A stretch of 63,491 nt of DNA, the filler included, from Lenisia limosa (lineage: Eukaryota; Protista; Breviatea), in NCBI GenBank assembly GCA_001655205.1. It is 13 parts of 13 records of this genome, joined end to end, with 100 filler letters (N's around TTAATTAATTAA, not from the genome) between each part and the next. Parts side by side here need not be neighbours in the genome. Positions count along the whole stretch, not along the records: positions 52,712 to 55,390 come from LPNZ01011700.1; positions 55,491 to 61,912 come from LPNZ01006140.1; positions 62,013 to 63,491 come from LPNZ01000978.1; 10 more parts are not named here. One strand, given 5' to 3'. Positions 52,712-63,491 of the stretch are shown here, one piece after another; positions within the stretch are counted from its first letter, which is position 1, and each line of letters begins with the position of its first letter. A model generated the notes under the pieces. That model made no database searches. It was given only the letters and a program-made list of their open reading frames with translations, and was not told the origin of the DNA. Made by a program: the position numbers and the translations under genes.

Positions 52712-55070
52712 CCCCCAGTGTCCCACCGTCCATCGCGTCATCCCTGTTAACTGATATGGCGCGAAGTGAACGAAACCACTCGGCTGTTCTGAGCACTGCT
52801 GCCTCAGGCCTTCCGTGGCTGGCCAAGTCTGGGTGAGCGGGGAGTCTGTTTGCTGAAACACTGGTTATGATTGGGCATATCAAAAGGGTATGGAAAGTTG
52901 TAAAGGAAGATAGGGTATAATGACCCGACTTTTTTATAATTCACGAATATGTTTTCATACTCATCACTTTCTGATTTTTGCTACGAACATATCATATGAT
53001 ACTACAACACCGGGCATTTCTGCAATATTCCCAGGCATGCTTCAAAAGTCATTTCCTGACCCTTGAAGACAACTCCCCGAACTCATGCACATTTTCGAGG
53101 GAGCAATCTACTCGAGTTATCCCACAACCCCACAGGACACCTGGGAAATGGGGTGTGTCTTGTCTGCTCGAATGCCAGATCTAGTAGGGGGGGGGGGGNN
53201 NNNNNNNNNNNNNNNNNNNNNNNNNNNNNNNNNNNNNNNNNNNNNNNNNNNNNNNNNNNNNNNNNNNNNNNNNNNNNNNNNNNNNNNNNNNNNNNNNNNN
53301 NNGTTTCCCTTTTTGGAAGAGGCCTGTTTGACCCTCGCGGCCGGAACGCTGCATTCAGGTCGGAACGCCCTCAATGCGGCTTCCGACAAGCTTCCGACTC
53401 ATTTCAGCCCCGTAATGGACAAATGTCTTCTTTCTATATCAGTGGGTGGTGAGAAGAACTTCTTTTGATCGAAACTGTATTTGTAGCGCTATTGGACTGG
53501 AAACTGTTCTACTTTACTCTTGCAGAAAACAGCGGAAGCAAACGCATCTTTGGCGCCTTTTGTGGCCAATTTACTCCTTGGACTGCTTGATGACTTGTTG
53601 AAGGTAGACATGGAGGTACCCGTGGAAATGGGAACAGGTCTTTGAGATGGCATGTATCGGCTGTGTTACTTTTTGCATTTACAGTGTATACGTATGATAT
53701 ATAGAGACGTAAGCTATTCTCCCCTAACTCATATTCAAGGCCACTGAACCCTCTCTGGCAACGCCCATCGTTGCCATCACTGCAAGCCTCTGTAAAACAC
53801 TCGGCAGTTGCCTCAAGGAATGTGGTACGCTTTCGGTTGCTTGACTCATGATATCTCAATTTCTTTTTCCTTGAAGGATTATTTTTCAGACCTCTTTTAT
53901 GCCAACTGGTGTGACAACAGACACAGTATATATACTATGTTTTGTTGTATTTACCCCCCCCCCCNNNNNNNNNNNNNNNNNNNNNNNNNNNNNNNNNNNN
54001 NNNNNNNNNNNNNNNNNNNNNNNNNNNNNNNNNNNNNNNNNNNNNNNNNGCCAGGGACTGCAATAAGCAATGTAGGGATTGGAAGGGTTGAGGGGCTTGG
54101 TCGAGATTCTCTGCCCAGTTCCGTTTTGGATTGCTTTCACCGCTCTCTCGTTTTGTTTTTACATTTCAGTGTTAGTGGCTGCAATTTTGACTGGGCTGAA
54201 GATCTGCCTTTCCTACGGTAGGCAACCTTTTCCATTCGTTCACATACACACTGAATCCATCTTCACCACGTTTAACACTGTTTTGTTGCTTTGACATTCC
54301 CTAATTACGCAATCTTTTGACCTAGTAGGTGAGGATGACGAAATGATCCCGGCGGCAATCGACTCCATTACCAACTTCAATCACACCACTGTGGGGGGGA
54401 GGGGGGTTATAAAAGAGGAATATGTGTGACATGAAGTATGTGGTAACTTCATAATTCGTTTTTGTATTCCAATTGAAATGGTCTGGCTTCCTAATAGAGT
54501 TTCACTAGTATTTATATCTGTGACTCTTGTAGACTACAATGCAGCTGTCGTTGGTGCATTTCAAGGCTCTCTACATTCAAACAAAGGTGTGATGGTTGCT
54601 TTCTTCTGCCAGCTCTCTTGTAAAAAAATTGGCTTTTAAAAGCAGGGTGCCAACCCAGAAACTAGCTCGGATAAACAACAAATAGACCAAAACCGAGGGT
54701 AACCTGCATGTTTTTTTATTTACTGTTATGAAAGCAGTTGTTTTGGAAGCAAGAGAGCAAGTTGTGATTATCATGATGACCAAAATCTTCTTTAAATTCT
54801 AGTAAAAAGTATCTGTGACATTTTTCTGGATTGGCACCCTGCTTCAATAACAGTATCGATTATAACATTGGTGTCATGGTTTTTTGTTACTATTTGTCGT
54901 TAAACCCATGTTTTTTTCATAAAATGCCCTCTCCCCACTCAATGTCACATTCCAGTACCCCGCTGTTCGTACCGCCCTTGGTGTTATGGCCGTCTCTGCG
55001 CTTTCCTACTGCGCTTCTTTGACCCACGTCTCGGGGTCCCCATTCCCTCATCCGAGCCAAGAAGGTAGGC
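52712..55070 (+). CDS. HEAT/ARM-like alpha-helical protein, partial
   Basis: Exons FPFLEEACLTLAAGTL, APFVANLLLGLLDDLLK, ATPIVAITASLCKTLGSCLKE, YPAVRTALGVMAVSALSYC. Confidence 0.55.
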
Positions 55071-55174
55071 TCCATATTTGTATCCGAAGATGACGTTTGG
55101 TCATTAGTCCTACTACCAGCGAACGACTATTTTACCCCATGACTGCATTATTTTGGCTGATAAGTCCTTTACAC

Positions 55175-55390
55175 GTGATGGGATGCGGTGCCGTAGAAGC
55201 CACTGGGGCTTTGTTTGTTTAATTGTTTTCAACCGCGTGTGCTGCTAGCCAACAGAGTAGATTTTGGGCTTGTTGTTTTTGATTCAATATGTTTTCCAAT
55301 TTACCCCTCTCTTCAAAGGCTGGCTCGGGCTTGTTTTTGTGTTTTTGTCATCTGGCTTTTATCTAGTTTTAGCGTTGGTTGCTCATGTTT
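55175..55390 (+). mobile_element. Family C dispersed repeat (longest copy)
   Basis: GTGATGGGATGCGGTGC...GCTAGCCAACAGAGTAGATTTTGGGCTT...TTTTTGTCATCTGGCTTTT. Pieces also at 1-14(-), 21553-21620, 33900-33965, 37581-37615, 44085-44185, 44735-44780, 47195-47260, 47405-47450, 47930-47965(-) and 51115-51150(-). Confidence 0.7.
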
Positions 55391-55654
55391 NNNNNNNNNN
55401 NNNNNNNNNNNNNNNNNNNNNNNNNNNNNNNNNNTTAATTAATTAANNNNNNNNNNNNNNNNNNNNNNNNNNNNNNNNNNNNNNNNNNNNCCGGATAGCC
55501 ATTGGGTTTGTGTACCAACTTCAAGAGGCTACCTCTCTTTTTGGGATATGAGGTTGGTTGGTTGGGATATGAGGTTGGTTGTTTTTCTCTTTGAAATCAT
55601 CTCATTTACAACAAAGTTAAATATTTTAATGCTCAAAATGCCCCCTTCACTCCT

Positions 55655-57056
55655 CAGATACAACACCCCAATGCAGTTCTGGAGGCACCCTACTCGAGGC
55701 CCAATCTCTTCAGTACTCCCGGTTATGGGACCCAATAACTCGGCTCTCATTTATGTTGGAGATGCGCTTGGACAGGTGCGAGGAGCAACTAATAAGTGTT
55801 ATGTACCTTTTAACATGAACGTGACATCGAAAAATGATGTATTTCCTTCTTTTGATCATTGATCAGATCACGTGCTACGATGTTGAAAAGGCCCAAGTGA
55901 TCAGGCAGATTCGACTAGCCAACCACTTCATTGACAAGAGCCTTCCAGATATGTACGCCTTCCAACAGAGGCACTTGGGTTTTCTTTTTCAGCATCCCCT
56001 AAATCGGGCATTTATGTGACTGTAGGCCTGATCGTAGTGCGCTGCCCTCCCTGGTGGATGTTGTCCCCACACTGCCCTTGATGACGTCACCAGCCTGGCA
56101 GCCGCACCGCCTCAAGGCCCTCACCGAGCTCGAGGTTTGCGGGTTGCGCGTTACAAGTTCCTGTTTTGTTTTTGCAACAATTAATGAGTACCACGGGAGC
56201 AGTAGGACTAATGTTGCTGGATTTAGTGGCCTTTGTCTAAACCAATATCGAGATGTAAACTGGCAATCAGTTGTCAGTCTTGGTGTGACCTTTCAGAACG
56301 CGCTGTCGCCCCTCAATGACACGGCCAACATCCCGACCGTTGATGCCATTGTCACTCCTCATGCTGGCCAGTGGGCCTTCGGGTACTTATTCGCAACTCA
56401 ATAATAAAACCTTTTCTCTTTTTTATTTCTTTCTCAACTTCCTTGGTAGGATAAAACAAGAGTCTCGCTCAGACCGTGAGAGTGAAATATTCACCATACA
56501 GAGCACTCGTGACAGCCGGGTCGGACTCGATCCTGCGGTATTGGAGCTTGGATCGGCCGGATCAATCCAGAGTCATTTCCGGCCTTCCTGAGGGCTACAC
56601 GGAGCCGTTCTTCAAGTCCCATAAAGAGGAGCAAGGCAGTCAGCAGTATCCTGTCATCACCGAGTCTACAAGCAGTAAGCGGGCCTCATCCAATGTGGAT
56701 TCGGTTTTTTTTTTTTTTTTTTTTTTTNNNNNNNNNNNNNNNNNNNNNNNNNNNNNNNNNNNNNNNNNNNNNNNNNNNNNNNNNNNNNNNNNNNNNNNNN
56801 NNNNNNNNNNNNNNNNNNNNNNNNNNNNNNNNNNNNNCCGAGCTCCAGCCGACAACCCGCAATCGTTACGCCGCCAGTACAATCGCATCGAGCCAAGATC
56901 ACGCAGATGATTGCAATGTCTAAAGGAATGCCCTCCATTATCACGGGTGACTCCGAAGGGGTTGTCAAGGTCTGTGCTGATGCTGGATTCTGTTTCATTG
57001 TTTTCTTATTCAACCATGAGCTATTGATTGCAATGATTGTTTAGATCTGGCGATAG
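55655..57056 (+). CDS. VPS15: VPS15/PIK3R4 C-terminal WD40 region
   Basis: RYNTPMQFWRHPTRGPIS; ITCYDVEK; LVTAGSDSILRYWSLDRPDQSRVISG; SHRAKITQM...IITGDSEGVVK/IWR* parallels recalled LLTAGSDMKIRFWDL...IVTASRDGIVKVWK*. Confidence 0.8.
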
Positions 57057-57160
57057 AGCGCGAGAGTTTATTGTTTCTTTTTTGATGTCTTATTTATGTT
57101 TCCATTTAAATAATGTCCACTTAAATAATCATAAACATAGTACAAACAAGATATAACAGG

Positions 57161-59164
57161 CTACACCTCCACTGCCTCTTCATCCTCACTCTCGAGTTCC
57201 CTAAGATAGGGTGCAAGTTCCTCGGGTACTTCCATGCCGTCCACTTCAACTGTGGTGCCAGAAAAATCTGGGGGAAAGGATAAACAAATGTTGTAGTTTA
57301 TATAAAAAAAAAATATTGTCCAGTAGAAGTACAAATAGAACTTGACTTGCATGGTTTATACGACGTGTCATAAACAACCATTCTTGAAAAGAGAGAAATG
57401 TGATTAACATATTGAAAACTAGTCAATTTTTAGTAAACAATTAGACAAGTATACTTTTCACACAAAGCATGTCATGCCGTTATTGTTTGCTCTTTTTCTC
57501 AGGTTTTCATTTTGCTACTCTTTCTTAGTGACTTCATTCAGTTCACTTTTAGTTATTTGAGTATTTTGGCTCATTTTGTATCTGGGTGTTCCTAATAAAG
57601 GTGGTTGCATTGTTTGGTTGTCTGTGGTTGGACGGTCCTATTTCTTTCTCTTTTTGTGCGACCGAGTGACGTCTCCCTTTTGGCTCAATTGCCAGAGTTT
57701 TTGATCATTGTGGGTGTGACTTCAGTTTTTTTTAACCGGAAATCAATGCGAGGGATTTTATTCCCAAAACAGGGAAGTGACAAGCTTAAGTTTGCAGTGC
57801 GAAATAACTTTTCCGCTTAACATATTGTTTTCACAATAAAGAATAGTGTTTTTTGGTAAAGGGGGGGGGGGCAAGCCATTTTGAATTCAGGTATCAACAG
57901 AACAGAAAGGACCTACCCGCAGTAATATCCGCAAGTTCAGGATCGGCAAAAATGGCGTCAAGGCTTGGAGTGAGTGGCGACTCAATTTGACCAACCTTAG
58001 GGTAAGACAAAATACTCCTCGCCCCTACTTTATTTTGAAGCGACTTCGGGAATCCTTTCACCTATAGGAATATCACGGACAGAGAGAAATACAAAGAAAA
58101 CAAGGTACAAATTTCTCCAATAGTAAAACTTAAACGGCCTTCATGAGGTGGTTGAGTCTCAGGTAGAAGTTTCATTAGTTTTCCAGAGGTCAGAAAAAGC
58201 CACATCGGCAATAGTAAACAGCAAACCAAACTAATTTTACACGATTAAAAGCATTAGATTACTAACTGATATCCATACCGGAGTGCTTTGGGCACTGGTC
58301 GTTGTGTCACTTGGGGAACTTAAGAATCCTTTGCTCTAAAGCCATAACGAACACACACATGACATACGATATAGACTACATTGTGTATAAATTTATATTG
58401 AAATTAGTATTTTGAGTGTTATTTCTAAATGGAAAGGAGTAAAACGTAGAACTTACAGGTATTTAGTTACCTTTTGCATCAATTCACGCAAAGTCTTTGA
58501 AGATTGGTTGTTCCAACCCACCTTCTCAAGATCTTGATCCTGCTGCCATAGCATTCGAGTTACGTTTTCCTGAAACGGTTAAGTAGTTTCAAATTTGGTA
58601 CTGTACAATAGGTTCAGCTCCACTCCTACTTGTGGTACTGGGACAATGGGAGCGCCTTTGGACGTTCTGAAGTAGTCAGCAAACATGGTGTGTTATGTTT
58701 AAAATAGAAGAACACGCCCACATAGTCTTGCTAGTTTCTTCTATTGGAGTGATCCTAAAGATAATGAGGCTCTGTTCCATATTTGCTTCTGCATACTGTT
58801 CTGCAAATGATGCCCCTAGTCCTCTACTGCCTGGAGATAAAAGAGCTGACTCATCGTCCTCACTTTCTTCATTAATTACCGTGGCTGTTGAAATCTGAAA
58901 ATTAACACAGGTCAACTCAAAAAAATTATCACATGCACTTATTCTATCACATGCACTTATTCTCAAAATTCAACCCTTACTTCTCGATAAGGAGGTGCAG
59001 GGGCTTGCTGAATTGGGTGATAATTGAATTGTAATCAGAAAAACACTTCAAAAAACAAAGCAGACCGAAGAACCTCCTACCCTCTTTTTCTTTTTTGTTC
59101 GGTTCTTCTTCCACCTTTGATACTTATTTGCAATGTGACACTTCTTGGAATAACATGATCCCAT
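57161..59164 (-). CDS. Hypothetical protein with predicted N-myristoylation/palmitoylation and polybasic N-terminus
   Basis: MGSCYSKKCHIANKYQRWKKNRTKKKKR / QAPAPPYRE / ISTATVINEE... stitches in phase 0; last exon ends EDEEAVEV*. Confidence 0.55.
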
Positions 59165-59428
59165 AATTGGGGGGGGGGGGGTTGAGGTCAAGTGTTNNNN
59201 NNNNNNNNNNNNNNNNNNNNNNNNNNNNNNNNNNNNNNNNNNNNNNNNNNNNNNNNNTTTGTTTGTTGTCGATTGCTGTTGTTTGTGTGTGTGTGTGGTG
59301 TGGTTGTACGTGTTGTGCGGGGGGTTTCCCAGTGGAATTTGATCTTTGATCTTGGTCATCCGGCCTGTCAATCACCAATTCACAAACAACCAACAAACAA
59401 CAAGAGCTGAACAAGAAAGACAGCAGGC

Positions 59429-61449
59429 ATGTTGTTGTGTTTCTTATTGTGTGGGATTTTCCTCTCACCATATGTTGGGAATAGCTTTGTGTTGAACCCA
59501 CAAGGGGTCCTGTATTCGCCCTCTGTGGCAGTTGATACCCTCACCCTCGGTGGCCAAGACCTGTCACTGTCGCTCCAAATGATCAAGGACAATATCTCCC
59601 AAGTTTCGGAGAAAGGTATGAAAGGAGTTTGTATTGCTCCTCCCAGCTTTTGTACATATGCTCCTATTAGGTTCCAATGTTTAAATCTTATTTAGGGCGC
59701 CGAAATTCTTGTTTTTAGTTTGAACTCTGGCTGTGTCATTTTAGTGCCATCATCTTGTAGTTGAGAGTACGAAATATGCGACATGCAAAGACCTTGCTGC
59801 GGCTGCGAGGAACAACCCTCCCACTGGTTACTACCTTCTTTATCCTTTTGGGTTTGCTTTGGGTTGAGATTGAATATATTTTACAACTTTGATAACACAT
59901 TTAGAGAACCCATTTATACGTACTGTGAAATGAGCTACAAGGTTTGAAAGGGGAACGGGTACAAGGATAAATACTTCTTCCAGAAAAGGATTTTCACAAA
60001 TCATGCAAGTTGAGTGATGAGATTATTTGCCTAGGGAGGCGGATGGACAGCCATTGCACGTGCCGTAACTGGAATGGAAATGCCCCCTCAAGGAGTGTGT
60101 GGATGATGTTCTCTTATTATCATCTCACTTTGTCTTTTTAAACCGGGGAACTGTCATTTTCAAACAAGGCAGGGATATGATACCTCATATCCTCTCATGT
60201 GAGAATTTGACTCACAAGTACTCTGCTATGGATAAACACTAAGATCCCATCATATTAAAATTGTAATAATTGCTTAATATTTATTTGTTTAGAGTTAGAT
60301 TTTTTTCTCCAAGTCACATCTACTAATACTGACTATTGTTTATTAATAGCATTATTTTATTGTATTAATAGCAACTATTAATAGTTATTACTTATTACTA
60401 TTATACTCATAGTTTACTATTAATAGTTGTGATTATTTTTTTGATTCACAGTTGGACTTGTTCAGAAGGGCACTCTTATTGGACGGGACCTTATTGGACG
60501 GGACCTTAATAAACACTCTTATTGGATAGGGGCAACATATTGTATCTTTTTTGTGATTTTTCTCATTTAAACTAATTTGCACTGTGCGTTGAGATGTTGG
60601 CTTTGTGTCCCCAATTCAGCTTCTTCATTTACCTTGCAGGACCTTGCAGTTACGTGGGAGGAATGGGCTGCACATGTGAGCGGGCCTTTGCTACATTTCA
60701 TTCATGTTGTCCTTCTAAACCAATTGCCCAATGTTGCTTTATCTCTTCACCAAATAGTCATGGAGTTCTGGAGAGTCTTACTACTTCTCACTGGATGAGT
60801 TTTCAGCACTTACCCAAGGCGGTGTAGAAACTATATTTGTAAGCAGAACGCCCGTTGATCTCAATTAAACGACACTCCAGTTGACACTTTTAGACATCAC
60901 GAACAGGAACTACCTGGAACAGCAACTTCGATCATTTCAGCTCTTTTGAGTTTGATTCTTCGGTGGCAGCAGGCAATGTGACCAAAGCCGTGGTGGTGGA
61001 AAGGTGCACCCTGGGTAGTAACGTTAAGTGAACGCGATTGAAGCGTGAAACTCACGAGTATTTGTTCATTGTGGTTTGTTGAGTTTACCTCTTTAGTAAC
61101 TCGAATATGTGGAGCGGTGTGAAGTGGTATGACGACTTTTACAAGCATGGAGGTATGTTACTTCTTGGTTCCCATTGCTTTAGGCTACACATACCAAGGC
61201 AATATATGTGCCAATGCTGATTACAATAGCCACTGTGGTAACTATCACTGGGATGCTCAGTGCTATGGAAGGTTTGCGGGATGTAAAACAGGTAATAATG
61301 AATCGCAGGCATTTTTCTTGATAAAGCTTGTGACAAATTTTAGTATCTCACTCTTCAAATGTACCTCATCCGGCCCGACTTCTCCTCAACAGTTCGGAAA
61401 TTCGAACAATGCAATAGTGGCTGACGAGGCTCTAATTCTTATTCGCTAA
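59429..61449 (+). CDS. Secreted fibrinogen-related-domain (FReD)-like protein
   Basis: Hydrophobic signal MLLCFLLCGIFLS; YATCKDL...TGYYLLYPF / EPIYTYCEMSYK / GGGWTAIAR; ends ADEALILIR* (TAA). Confidence 0.6.
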
Positions 61450-61842
61450 TTGTACATGTATCTTATAATTATCAACTTGTCGGTTAGACAATACATGAAT
61501 GCTTTCTTTTCTGTGCAAAGAAGTATTGAAGTTTAATATTTTCTGACCGATTGATTGTTGGATATGGATTTTTTCGGCATTTTTGTAACTTTTGTNNNNN
61601 NNNNNNNNNNNNNNNNNNNNNNNNNNNNNNNNNNNNNNNNNNNNNNNNNNNNNNNNNNNNNNNNNNNNNNNNNNNNNNNNNNNNNNNNNNNNNNNNNNNN
61701 NNNNNNNNNNNNNNNNNNNNNNNNNNNNNNNNNNNNNNNNNNNNNNNNNNNGCAAAGAAAGCTTTCAAAAGTTAAACACTGTACTTGATCAAAAAGGACA
61801 TCATAATTTTTGAACAGCAACCAATAGAAGAGTAAGCTGGAA

Positions 61843-61912
61843 ATGGGTTCGCCTCGCCGACGCTCGCGTTCCCCTCGGGAAGACAGGTCACATAGACGGG
61901 CGGAAAGAAGTC
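61843..61912 (+). CDS. Start of an RS-rich protein (truncated by scaffold end)
   Basis: MGSPRRRSRSPREDRSHRRAERS. Confidence 0.4.
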
Positions 61913-62295
61913 NNNNNNNNNNNNNNNNNNNNNNNNNNNNNNNNNNNNNNNNNNNNTTAATTAATTAANNNNNNNNNNNNNNNNNNNNNNNNNNNNNNNN
62001 NNNNNNNNNNNNGTCATAGAGAATCACATCTTTGCTACCACTTGTAAGCATTTCTTTTTTTATTATTTCTTTCAAGTGACAATTTCAATTAACTCCTTTA
62101 GTGAGGCCCCACCTATCCCGCCTTTCCCCACACTTAGATTCTGATAAGTGTTTTTTTTTTTCAAAAATATGGTGTTTCCTAGTTATTTCTTTTTTTCGAT
62201 TCTGTTTCAACGTTGAGGGTTATGTAACTCGGTTTTCCTCCATTTCAGAGTCCGAAGGCAAGAGATAAATTAATCCATGCGATAGAAACCATAGT

Positions 62296-63200
62296 ACCTT
62301 ACCCTTAAGACGAGAGAACGTCACTGATAACCTGTTTGGCAGCATCTGTCACCTGGGTGGTGAGACGAAGTGTTGAATGTGACTGGATTGCAAGCAGAAG
62401 TGTTTGTGATGGAAAAGTCACATACCGAGGCTAAGGCGGAAGTGAACACCGCTCTCCTGCTGCTAACAAACTTCAGGGTGTGGGCAAGTATCAACTGGAG
62501 GGGTAAACAATACAATCCGAAGATTTGTTAACGGCAAGCGGAGGCCTTGAACACATCGTACCTTGGCCTCCTCAGGCACGGCCTTCGCCACCATCATCTG
62601 TGCCATGATGCCGAAAACCTGTGACAGGTGCGCGTCACATTCGTTTCGGCCGTCTACAGGATTAAGGGGGTCCTCTCATAAACTCCAAAATGAAGTGACC
62701 AAAAAGTGAACAAAACGAATGTTCCTACTTTGGTGCAGTAACGCAGGGGCAGCGTCAGGCACACCGCAGAGAACAGCAAATGTCATTGCCACGTTCTTTT
62801 CCTGGCCAGGTTAGCCAGAGGACTATTATCCGCATTTGGAAATGAAAGGAGATTAAATGGTATTTTTGGACCGAAGGGAAGACCTTTTCGGATTTCTATT
62901 TACTGAGATTACCCCTCCCCCCACTTGGTCATGATCAGTCTCGAGAGGTAGCAGGTTCAGCAGTCCGGGTAAAACGTGGTTGTAGGGCAGTGTCGGAGAG
63001 TTGGCACGGATCTGAAGAGATAAGTGACGGGATACTACCTTTGTTGGATTCGAGAGGGGTTATTGTATTGTGATTGTACTTCTGTTTTGACCACCATGAT
63101 CATAAGATCCCAACCAGCTAATCACATATCGAGAATTCTCAGATCAACCCTCCAAACCATTGCACAGACAGCAGCACAAGCCTGATCCCTGGAGTGGGCT
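62296..63200 (-). CDS. Importin-beta family (importin-4/Kap123-like) C-terminus
   Basis: DQACAAVCAM/IRANSPTLPYNHVLPGLLNLLPLETDHDQ/EKNV parallels recalled RDNICGALARL...VLAALLHALPLKEDLEE. Confidence 0.7.
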
Positions 63201-63491
63201 AAAGGGTGACTCAGGGAAGAGAGGCAAGGGGGGTAATATGGAACTAAGAAGGAAGGTGACAGGTTGGAATTCCCAAAAACTTACGGTTTTCATTGTGCTG
63301 ACTCAGGGGTGCAAGCAGTTGCAAGAAATCCTAAAACGTGAAATGTGACTGTTTTTCAAAGAGAGGAGGTATTACGTCTTCTGATTATTTGCACCACAAG
63401 ACCATGCCATTGTACAATCAAATCACCCCCCATGTTGCCTACGTTGAAATGCGGTGCCAGGCTATCACCCCTATGTTGCCTACGTTGAAAT

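Overview
Eukaryotic (probably protist) draft-genome DNA, about 13 unrelated scaffold pieces joined by 12 artificial 100-bp linkers (N44-TTAATTAATTAA-N44), with many internal N gaps. Genes are heavily split by GT-AG introns, so the ORF track is mostly uninformative. All gene calls below come from manual exon stitching and recalled protein motifs; no database search was run. Recognisable host genes: a bacterial-type right-handed beta-helix protein, an IPT/TIG-repeat surface protein, a PH-ArfGAP-ankyrin (ACAP-like) protein, alkaline phosphatase, cytoplasmic dynein-1 heavy chain, an SMCHD1/MORC-type GHKL ATPase, WIP/verprolin, VPS15, a fibrinogen-related secreted protein and an importin-4-like protein. 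Introns carry several dispersed repeat families: hAT MITEs with 8-bp TSDs, Tc1/mariner remnants, other TIR elements and two SINE-like families. Most notable: (1) a ~9-kb compact island (11.3-20.5 kb) with a full-core RecQ-like helicase and several orphan genes whose introns are mostly only 22-39 nt, plus a second divergent RecQ-like gene at 24-26 kb, a candidate large mobile element; (2) an intronic repeat family that starts with GTATG, carries a cUUCGg hairpin, shows long TSDs and is almost always co-oriented with the host transcript; (3) a recurrent G-run after 5' splice sites and C-run before 3' splice sites that could pair and close introns.
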